Below are positions 8,050 through 15,969 of a stretch of DNA of 33,716 nucleotides, piece by piece. Origin of the DNA: an uncultured delta proteobacterium (lineage in GTDB: Bacteria > Myxococcota_A > Polyangia > Polyangiales > Polyangiaceae); assembly GCA_903893335.1 (NCBI GenBank), contig CAITLX010000648.1:1-33716 (forward strand). Direction: 5' to 3'. The notes beneath the pieces were generated by a model. It was not told the origin of the DNA. It did not search any database and saw only the letters and a list, made by a program, of their open reading frames with translations. A program made the translations under genes and the position numbers. How positions within the stretch are numbered: the stretch's first letter is position 1; each line of letters starts with the position of its first letter.

Positions 8050-8090
8050 CGTTTGACGACCGGGCGGCCCCGCACGTCATCGCGTTGACG
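8047..8090. promoter_or_regulatory. Cluster of four TGACG/CGTCA pentamers; candidate activator or regulator binding region
   Basis: TGACG at 8047-8051, 8054-8058 and 8086-8090, and CGTCA at 8075-8079. The 8054/8075 pair forms TGACG-N16-CGTCA. The cluster lies 63-106 bp upstream of the sigma-54-like element. Confidence 0.3.
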
Positions 8091-8152
8091 CGCCGAGCCG
8101 CCGCGGCGCGGCCCAGACGCGAAACGCCGGGAGAGTTGCCCAAGCTCCGCGC

Positions 8153-8168
8153 TGGCAAGTTTCCTGCA
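8153..8168 (+). promoter_or_regulatory. Sigma-54 (RpoN) type -24/-12 promoter candidate
   Basis: TGGCAAG-TTTC-CTGCA compared with the consensus TGGCACG-N4-TTGCA. The GG and GC dinucleotides are at the correct 10-nt separation. The element is 102 nt upstream of the ATG at 8270. Confidence 0.4.
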
Positions 8169-8269
8169 AAAGCGTCGGCGAAGAGACCGCTCCCCTCCCG
8201 CCCGGGGGGTGAGCCCGTTGCCCTGGCAGAGCGCGCGTCGCGCTCGTCCGGACCTTCGCGAGGCCCCCG

Positions 8270-9133
8270 ATGTCCGAGTCGCTCAAGCCCATCCACCACC
8301 ACAACCCCGAAGCGATGGACGACGACCAGCTCCGCGCCGAGGCGCGCATTTTCCTGGCCAAGTCCCCTCCGTTGCAGATCGTCGCCGAGCTGCTCGGCAA
8401 GCTGCGCTCGATGCAGCTGCCCTGGTGGACGTCGGACTACACGCACGAGACCTGGAACGCGATGCAGCGCATGCACTGGTACTCGCCGCGCGCCGATCTC
8501 CGCCAGCAGATCACGACGACGCTCACGGGCCTCGCGCCCAAGGCTGCGCGCAAGCGGTGGCCGAACTCCCAGGCCGAGCTCGTCGAGGCCGTCATCGAGG
8601 GGGGCGACATCACCTCGGCCCAGTTCGAGGAGGCGTACGACCCGTGCGACATGGTCGTGTACGGCCCCGCCGCCGAGTTCTGGTGGCGGTTCCGCGAGCG
8701 CATGCCGTGGGAGGAGGACTCCGCGACGCACAAGAAGCTCGCGGCGTGGCTCATGCGCGCGCTGCTCTCCGATCGCAGCTCGATCGAGGGGCTCAGCCGC
8801 CGCCCGGTGCTGTCGGCGTGGGACGTGCGCAACGCGATCGACCCCGCGGCGTGGCAGCGCTACCTGCCCGCCGAGGTGCGCGTCGCGATCGACGAGGCGC
8901 GCCTGCGCCAGGAGCGCCAGCGCCCGCGCGACCCGTACCACGCGCGCCACGAGCTCGCGGTGGCGACGCCGGAGATCATCACGACGCACACGCCCGTCGC
9001 CGAGCTCACCATGGTGTTCGCCCACGCCGAGAAGGCGATGGGCTTCGAGGCCTGCCCGACCCGCTCGCAGAGCGACGTCGAGTTCCTCGGCTCGCCGCCG
9101 GTCGCGTCGCTGTCGATCCTCGCGACGGGCTGA
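8270..9133 (+). CDS. Hypothetical cytoplasmic protein, Trp-rich, no family recognised (287 aa)
   Basis: ATG start, balanced protein-like composition, and 11 Trp by my count (PWWTSDY, EFWWRF, MPWEED and others). HHH near the N-terminus. No signal peptide or TM segment. Confidence 0.75.
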   Translation: MSESLKPIHHHNPEAMDDDQLRAEARIFLAKSPPLQIVAELLGKLRSMQLPWWTSDYTHETWNAMQRMHWYSPRADLRQQITTTLTGLAPKAARKRWPNSQAELVEAVIEGGDITSAQFEEAYDPCDMVVYGPAAEFWWRFRERMPWEEDSATHKKLAAWLMRALLSDRSSIEGLSRRPVLSAWDVRNAIDPAAWQRYLPAEVRVAIDEARLRQERQRPRDPYHARHELAVATPEIITTHTPVAELTMVFAHAEKAMGFEACPTRSQSDVEFLGSPPVASLSILATG

Positions 9134-9143
9134 CGCCCGCGGC

Positions 9144-9172
9144 CACGAGGCCGCGCTACGCTCGGCCTCGTG
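9144..9172 (+). promoter_or_regulatory. Perfect 10-bp stem / 9-nt loop hairpin whose 3' arm contains the GTG start of the sulfurtransferase gene
   Basis: CACGAGGCCG (9144-9153), loop cgctacgct, and CGGCCTCGTG (9163-9172). The start codon is at 9170-9172. Confidence 0.5.
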
Positions 9173-10027
9173 ATCCCCTCCCCGCTCGTCGACGTCGACT
9201 GGCTCGCGGCGCACGCCGCGCGCGACGACGTCCGCATCGTCGATTGCCGATGGAGCCTCTCCGGCCCACCCGCGGCCGAGGCGTACGCGCGCGGGCACCT
9301 GCCTGGCGCCGCGTTCGTCGATCTCGACCTCGAGCTCGCGGCGCCTCGCGGGCAGGGCCCAGGTCGCCACCCGATCCCCCGCGCCGAAGACTTCGCGCGG
9401 GTGCTCGCGCGCCTCGGCGTGCGCGCCGAGACGCGGGTCGTCGGGTACGACGACGTCGGCGGCGCCATCGCCGCGCGCCTCTGGTGGCTGCTGCGCCATT
9501 TCGGTCACGGCGGCGGGCGCGTGCTCGACGGCGGGCTGCAAGCCTGGACCGCGAGCGGCCGACCGCTCGACACCGAAGCGCCGACGATCGCCCCCGCAGC
9601 GCCGCTCGCGCTCACCGCGGGGCACGCTCCCGTGGTCGACAAGCGGCAGGTCGATCTTCTGCGCCGCGACCCGACCGCGCGCGTGGTCGATGCGCGCGCG
9701 CGCGAGCGCTACGAGGGTCGAAGCGAGCCGGTCGACGCGCGCCCCGGGCACATCCCCGGCGCGCTCGCGGCGCCGTTCGTGGAGAACCTCGTCGCCCCCG
9801 GCGGTCGCTTCGCGCCGCTCGACGCGCTGCGCGCGCGCTACGCCGCGCTCGGCTTGCTCGACGCGCGCGCCGTCGTCTGCTCGTGCGGCTCCGGGGTCAC
9901 CGCGTGCCACGATCTGCTCGCGCTCGCGCTGCTCGGCCGCGACGACGCGGCGCTCTACGAGGGCTCGTGGAGCGACTGGGCCGCGGACGCGAGCCTGCCC
10001 GCCGCAACGGGAATCGAGCCGGGCTGA
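9170..10027 (+). CDS. sseA: Tandem-rhodanese 3-mercaptopyruvate/thiosulfate sulfurtransferase (285 aa)
   Basis: Two rhodanese halves. N-terminal VDVDWLAAH...VRIVDCRW...GHLPGA. Active-site loop VCSCGSGVTACH (CGSGVTA is the MST-type signature). C-terminal YEGSWSDW. Confidence 0.9.
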   Translation: MIPSPLVDVDWLAAHAARDDVRIVDCRWSLSGPPAAEAYARGHLPGAAFVDLDLELAAPRGQGPGRHPIPRAEDFARVLARLGVRAETRVVGYDDVGGAIAARLWWLLRHFGHGGGRVLDGGLQAWTASGRPLDTEAPTIAPAAPLALTAGHAPVVDKRQVDLLRRDPTARVVDARARERYEGRSEPVDARPGHIPGALAAPFVENLVAPGGRFAPLDALRARYAALGLLDARAVVCSCGSGVTACHDLLALALLGRDDAALYEGSWSDWAADASLPAATGIEPG

Positions 10028-10049
10028 GAAGCGCGCCGCCGCGGACCTG

Positions 10050-10086
10050 CGCCGCGCGATGACGCGCGGCGTTATTCGCCTTTTCC
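10050..10086 (+). terminator. Rho-independent terminator candidate
   Basis: Perfect 9-bp GC stem: CGCCGCGCG (10050-10058), loop ATGA, CGCGCGGCG (10063-10071). The stem is followed by TTATTCGCCTTTTCC. Confidence 0.6.
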
Positions 10087-10120
10087 AGACGAGGCTCGGT
10101 CGCGTGTAACGTGAGGAGCG

Positions 10121-11404
10121 ATGAGCGCGACCTCCTCGGCGACCGCGATCCGCCGCAACCCCCTCGCCCAGGGCTGGCGAGGGCGCGCCGCCGTGGCCGC
10201 CCTCGTGGCCGCGGCCCTCGCGCTGTTCGCCACCGCCGCGAGGAGCGACCCCGCGGCGCTCGGCTGGCTGCGCGCGCACCGCTGGCTGGCCGCGCTGGGG
10301 CTGTTCGGCGGCACGCTGGCCGCGCTCGCGGCGACGTACGTCGCGCTGCGCCGGCGCGACCCTTCGCGCGCCGAGCTCGTCGTGCGCGCGACGCACGTGG
10401 TGCCGATCGTCGCGCAGGTCATCCTCTTCTCGTACTGGACGGCGTACTGGCCGCAGCTGGGTCGATGGCTGCCGTTCCTCTTCGCGCTCGTCGCGTTCGC
10501 GCTCGCGACCGACGCGACGATGAGCTGGATCGTGCGCCACCGCCTCGTGCTCGGCTTCGGCCCGGTGCCCATCACGCTCGGCATGCACCTGTTCGCGCAG
10601 TTCTCGCCGGTCGACTGGCACGCGCCCGCCGCGATGCTGCTGCTCGCGATCGGGTCGAAGGCGCTCGTCTCGCGCGACGGCCACCCGCTGGTCAATCCCT
10701 CCGCGTTCGGCCTCGCGTGCGTCGGCGCCGCGACGCTGGTCGCGCCCGCCGTCGGCTACGGCGACGTGGCGTTCCGCTTCAACCTGCCGCCGAGCATGAC
10801 CGAGCTCATCCTGCTGGTGACGCTGCTGCCGCAGATCCGTCAGCCCATCGTGCTCGTCTCCATCGGCGCCTTCCTCGGCAACGAGCTCACCCACTACGCC
10901 TTCGGCTTCAGCGAGTTCCGCGCGGCGTGGGCTCCGGTGACGCTCGGCCTCGCGCTCTTCGCGACCGACCCCGCGACCACGCCGCGGCGCAACCCCGGCC
11001 GCCTTCTCTTCGGCGTCGCGTACGGCGTGGCGATGGTGAGCCTCGCGCACGCGCTCGAGGCGAGCGGGCGCTCGGACTTCTACGCGAAGGTCATCCCGAT
11101 CCCGCTGCTCAACGTCCTCGCGCCGACGTTCGACCGGCTCGGCGACGCCCTCGTCGCCGCCCGCCCCCGCCTCGCGCGCGCGCTCGAGCCTCGCTGGAAC
11201 CTCGCGCACATCGCGGCCTGGGTGCTCGTCATCACGCTGGGGCTCGTGGGGCAGAAGGAGCGCACGTTCCTCGCCGACCAGCACACGACCGAGCAGACGC
11301 GCGGCGTCCGCCGCGACGCGCGGGGCGAGATCACCTGCGAGCTGAACCGCCCCTGGTGTCGCCCCTGGGACATCGGCGGCGAGATCGCCACCTGGGTGCG
11401 CTGA
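10121..11404 (+). CDS. RnfD/NqrB-family-like polytopic membrane protein, not adjacent to any other Rnf/Nqr subunit (427 aa)
   Basis: GAGGAG lies 2-8 nt upstream of the ATG at 10121. Motifs HPLVNPSAFG and LFATDPATTPR resemble the family FNPAAFG and MATDPVT(S)P blocks. About 9-10 TM helices. Polar ~70-aa tail with two Cys (ITCELNRPWCRPW). Confidence 0.75.
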   Translation: MSATSSATAIRRNPLAQGWRGRAAVAALVAAALALFATAARSDPAALGWLRAHRWLAALGLFGGTLAALAATYVALRRRDPSRAELVVRATHVVPIVAQVILFSYWTAYWPQLGRWLPFLFALVAFALATDATMSWIVRHRLVLGFGPVPITLGMHLFAQFSPVDWHAPAAMLLLAIGSKALVSRDGHPLVNPSAFGLACVGAATLVAPAVGYGDVAFRFNLPPSMTELILLVTLLPQIRQPIVLVSIGAFLGNELTHYAFGFSEFRAAWAPVTLGLALFATDPATTPRRNPGRLLFGVAYGVAMVSLAHALEASGRSDFYAKVIPIPLLNVLAPTFDRLGDALVAARPRLARALEPRWNLAHIAAWVLVITLGLVGQKERTFLADQHTTEQTRGVRRDARGEITCELNRPWCRPWDIGGEIATWVR

Positions 11405-11421
11405 CGCGCGCGCGTCAGCGC
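11398..11421. terminator. 24-bp perfect palindrome spanning both stop codons of convergent genes; bidirectional terminator candidate
   Basis: GCGCTGACGCGC|GCGCGTCAGCGC. It contains the plus-strand TGA (11402-11404) and the minus-strand TGA (complement of 11415-11417). Confidence 0.45.
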
Positions 11422-12536
11422 GGCAGGGGGAGCAGCGGCAGCACTGCGTCGGCGAGGCTCTGCGCGATGCGCTCGTGGCCCGCGGCGTTGGGGTGCGTCA
11501 CGTCGAAGCGCTCGTTCGGCTTGGCGTAGCGGCGCGGATCCTCGCCGCGGAACGCGTCGGCCACGCGCGCGACGGCGAAGCCCTGCGCCCGCGCGACGCT
11601 CTGCACCTGGTCGTAGAGCCCGAGGCAGATGGGGTCGTCGAAGCGCTCGACGATGGGCAGCGGCGCGACGAGCACGCGGAAGCCGTCGGCCTCGGCGAGG
11701 AGCCGCAGGCGCTCGAGCGACTGGCGCACCACGAGGTCGAACGAGTAGCCCTGGTGCATCGGCGCGAAGAGGCCGCACATCGAGCCCCCCGCGAGGTGCT
11801 GCGCGAGCGGCCCGAGCGTGAAGGTGAAATAGCTGTTGCCCATGCGGCGGTAGGCGCCGTTCTGCAGGAACGGGTCGTTGAGCACGTAGGCGACGACGAC
11901 GAGGTCGGGGCGGTACTTGCGGCCGACCGTCTCGAAGAGCCGCACCTCTTGCTGCGTGTTGTACCCCTCGCACGAGACGTTCATGACCTCGACGCGACGC
12001 CCGGCCGGAGCCCGCTCGGCGAGCAACGCCTCGAGCCGCCGCGGAAACCGAGCCTCGAACGCGATGGAGCCGTCGTTCGGGACCGAGTCGCCGAGCACCA
12101 CCACGCGCCAGGTGTCCGCGCGCCGCTCGAGCGCGTGCGGGAGATCCCACAGCCCCTCGGGCGTGACGTCGGGCTCCGCCGCGTCGGGCAGGCGGCTCGG
12201 CATGGGCCCAGGGCGGTAGCGGTAGCGCAGCAGAGGGTCGCTCGTGACCTCGAGGCGCTGCGAGGTCGCGCCCCGCGAGGCGAGCCTGGCCTCGTACGCG
12301 ACCAGGCCCACCGGCACGGCGAGCGCGAGGGTGAAGCAGACGGTGCGCGCAGCCGACGCGCGCAGCAGCACGCCCGCGGCGAACACCGCGAGCGCGCCGA
12401 GCACGAGCGGGTGAAACGGGTCGGGCAGCACGAAGTCCGCGTCGCGCGCGTGCACCGCCCAGGCCTCGACGGCCGCGACCGCGCCGAGGAACGCGAGGAC
12501 GACCGAGGCCCCCACCGTGCGCGGACCTTGCGGCAT
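11415..12536 (-). CDS. Membrane-anchored SGNH/GDSL-family hydrolase (373 aa)
   Basis: ATG at 12536. Three N-terminal hydrophobic segments. SGNH blocks VVVLGDSVPNDG (block I), NVSCEGYN, AYVLNDP, and DVTHPNAAGH (DxxH). Confidence 0.85.
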   Translation of the reverse strand: MPQGPRTVGASVVLAFLGAVAAVEAWAVHARDADFVLPDPFHPLVLGALAVFAAGVLLRASAARTVCFTLALAVPVGLVAYEARLASRGATSQRLEVTSDPLLRYRYRPGPMPSRLPDAAEPDVTPEGLWDLPHALERRADTWRVVVLGDSVPNDGSIAFEARFPRRLEALLAERAPAGRRVEVMNVSCEGYNTQQEVRLFETVGRKYRPDLVVVAYVLNDPFLQNGAYRRMGNSYFTFTLGPLAQHLAGGSMCGLFAPMHQGYSFDLVVRQSLERLRLLAEADGFRVLVAPLPIVERFDDPICLGLYDQVQSVARAQGFAVARVADAFRGEDPRRYAKPNERFDVTHPNAAGHERIAQSLADAVLPLLPLPR

Positions 12537-12640
12537 GCGAGGTCGCGTACCATGCGCGAAACACGCGTCGCAAGCCGTCGCGCCGCGCGACCGGCGAAGG
12601 CGAGCGCTCCCGACGAAGGGCCGGGGCCACGCGCGCGAGC

Positions 12641-12669
12641 TTGACGGCCGAGCGCCGGGCGACTGTTCT
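12641..12669 (+). promoter_or_regulatory. Possible promoter TTGACG-N17-TGTTCT, only 8 nt ahead of the ATG at 12678
   Basis: TTGACG at 12641-12646 and TGTTCT at 12664-12669. There is no Shine-Dalgarno sequence between the -10 element and the ATG. Confidence 0.2.
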
Positions 12670-12677
12670 CCCGCCCC

Positions 12678-13106
12678 ATGCACGACGCCCTGCTCATCGC
12701 GCACTTCCTCGGACTCGCGCTCGGCCTCGGCGCGAGCTTCGCCAGCCTCACCCTCGGCCTCGCCACGCGCGAGCTGCCCGCCGACGAGCGGACGCGCCTG
12801 CTCGTGCGCGCGCTCGCGCTCGGCAAGAACGCGAGCGCGGGCCTCGCGCTGCTGATCGTGAGCGGAACCGCGATGCTCCTCCTGCGCGGCGTCGGCCCGA
12901 CGTTCGCCGCAGCGGGCGGCGCGCTGCACGCCAAGCTGACGCTCGTCGTCGTGATCGTCGGCCTCTTCGGCTACCAGCAGGTGCTCGGCAAGCGAGCGCG
13001 CGTGGCCGGCGGCGGACCCGCGCTGGCCCGCGCCGCGACGGTCGGCCGGACCCTGCTCGCGACCACCGTGGCGACCGTCGTTCTGGCCGTCCTCGCCTTT
13101 CACTGA
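12678..13106 (+). CDS. Small 4-TM membrane protein of unknown function (142 aa)
   Basis: Four hydrophobic helices (LLIAHFLGLALGLGASFASLTLGL, AGLALLIVSGTAMLLL, LTLVVVIVGLFGY, LLATTVATVVLAVLAF). Good third-position G/C bias. Confidence 0.7.
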   Translation: MHDALLIAHFLGLALGLGASFASLTLGLATRELPADERTRLLVRALALGKNASAGLALLIVSGTAMLLLRGVGPTFAAAGGALHAKLTLVVVIVGLFGYQQVLGKRARVAGGGPALARAATVGRTLLATTVATVVLAVLAFH

Positions 13107-13126
13107 ACGCGCGGCGCCCGATCCAG

Positions 13127-13155
13127 TTGACGAGTCCCGTCGGGTCCGTCATATT
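13127..13155 (+). promoter_or_regulatory. Sigma-70-type promoter candidate TTGACG-N17-CATATT upstream of the small ORF and rpsT
   Basis: TTGACG at 13127-13132 and CATATT at 13150-13155. The -10 element sits in a locally A/T-richer patch. Confidence 0.4.
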
Positions 13156-13227
13156 GCGCGCCCTTTCCGGTGGACGGGCGTGCCGCACATGGCACCCGCG
13201 GCCGCCCCCCCGAGCCGCGAGATCACC

Positions 13228-13398
13228 ATGGTTTCCTCGACGCAGCAGTTCGACCGCATCCGCAAGCGCAAGGCCACGAAGAACGGCAAGTGGAACAAGC
13301 GCGCGCGCCGCCGAATCGGCACGCCCGCCTTCGCCGTTCACCCCGAGGGGTACGACCCCAAGGCGGCCGACTCGCGCCCCACCGCTTCTCAGAAGTAA
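13228..13398 (+). CDS. Small basic protein (56 aa) immediately upstream of rpsT; function unknown
   Basis: Sequence MVSSTQQFDRIRKRKATKNGKWNKRARRRIGTPAFAVHPEGYDPKAADSRPTASQK. Nearly all third positions are G/C. TAA stop at 13396-13398, 15 nt before the rpsT ATG. Alternative in-frame starts are the GTG at 13180 and the ATG at 13189. Confidence 0.45.
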   Translation: MVSSTQQFDRIRKRKATKNGKWNKRARRRIGTPAFAVHPEGYDPKAADSRPTASQK

Positions 13399-13413
13399 GA
13401 GCAGGATCCCGAC

Positions 13414-13761
13414 ATGGCCAACCACGCATCCGCCGAGAAGCGCAACCGTCAGCGCATCAAGCGCACCACGACCAACCGCAGCGTCAAGGCCGCGGTCCGT
13501 ACGATCGTCAAGAGCACGCGCGCCGCGATCGAGCAGGGCGGAGCCGACACGAAGGCTGCCGTGAGCAAGGTCGCCAGCGCCGTCGATCGCGCCGCCTCCA
13601 AGGGCACGCTCCACAAGAAGAAGGCCTCGCGCACCAAGGCTCGCATCGCGCGCGCCGCGTACAAGGCCTCCAAAGCCTCCGCGGCCTCCACGGCCTCCAC
13701 GGCCGCCAAACCCGCGAAGTCCGCCAAGCCCGCCAAGCCCGCGAAGCCCGCCAAGGCCTGA
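13414..13761 (+). CDS. rpsT: 30S ribosomal protein S20 with a ~33-aa Ala/Lys/Pro/Ser C-terminal extension (115 aa)
   Basis: MANHASAEKRNRQRIKRTTTNRSVKAAVRT... is a typical S20 N-terminus. The tail is KASKASAASTASTAAKPAKSAKPAKPAKPAKA. Confidence 0.95.
   Translation: MANHASAEKRNRQRIKRTTTNRSVKAAVRTIVKSTRAAIEQGGADTKAAVSKVASAVDRAASKGTLHKKKASRTKARIARAAYKASKASAASTASTAAKPAKSAKPAKPAKPAKA
13705..13758 (+). repeat. Six in-frame 9-bp GCC-AAG-CCC-type repeats encoding (AK[PSA])x6 at the S20 C-terminus
   Basis: gcc aaa ccc / gcg aag tcc / gcc aag ccc / gcc aag ccc / gcg aag ccc / gcc aag gcc. Confidence 0.85.
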
Positions 13762-13762
13762 T

Positions 13763-13781
13763 CAGGCCCGCGAGGGGCCTG
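13763..13781 (+). terminator. Hairpin directly after the rpsT stop (7-bp stem, 5-nt loop, no U-tract)
   Basis: CAGGCCC gcgag GGGCCTG. Confidence 0.35.
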
Positions 13782-13934
13782 AGAGCCCCAGCCGCGGCGC
13801 TTCCCGCTTCACCGCAGGCGAGCGCCGCGAACCTCGCAAACCGGGGTCCCATCGACGCAGAGCCGGCCGCCGCAAGGTGGTCGGCTTCGTCGTGTGCGGA
13901 GCCCGACGGCGGCTGGCCTGGGACGAAACGTCCG

Positions 13935-13964
13935 TTGTCGTGCCGGGGCTGCCTTCGCTAGGCT
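13935..13964 (+). promoter_or_regulatory. Possible promoter TTGTCG-N18-TAGGCT ending 6 nt before the acs ATG
   Basis: TTGTCG at 13935-13940, TAGGCT at 13959-13964, and ATG at 13971. There is no Shine-Dalgarno sequence. Confidence 0.2.
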
Positions 13965-13970
13965 CGTGGG

Positions 13971-15941
<1,971 letters not shown>

Positions 15942-15969
15942 CGCCCGCCGCGCCGCGTGCGGGGCTCGC

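Noticed and set aside
7991-11284. 1097-aa minus-strand ORF, plus the overlapping 6993..9173 and 8209..10062 plus-strand ORFs
   Set aside because: Their composition is dominated by R/A/G/E/P. They overlap well-supported plus-strand genes (the orphan protein, sseA and the RnfD-like protein). No domains are recognisable.
13705-13758. 9-bp tandem repeat as a non-coding VNTR or CRISPR-like element
   Set aside because: The repeat is in frame and forms the C-terminus of rpsT. There is no spacer-repeat architecture.
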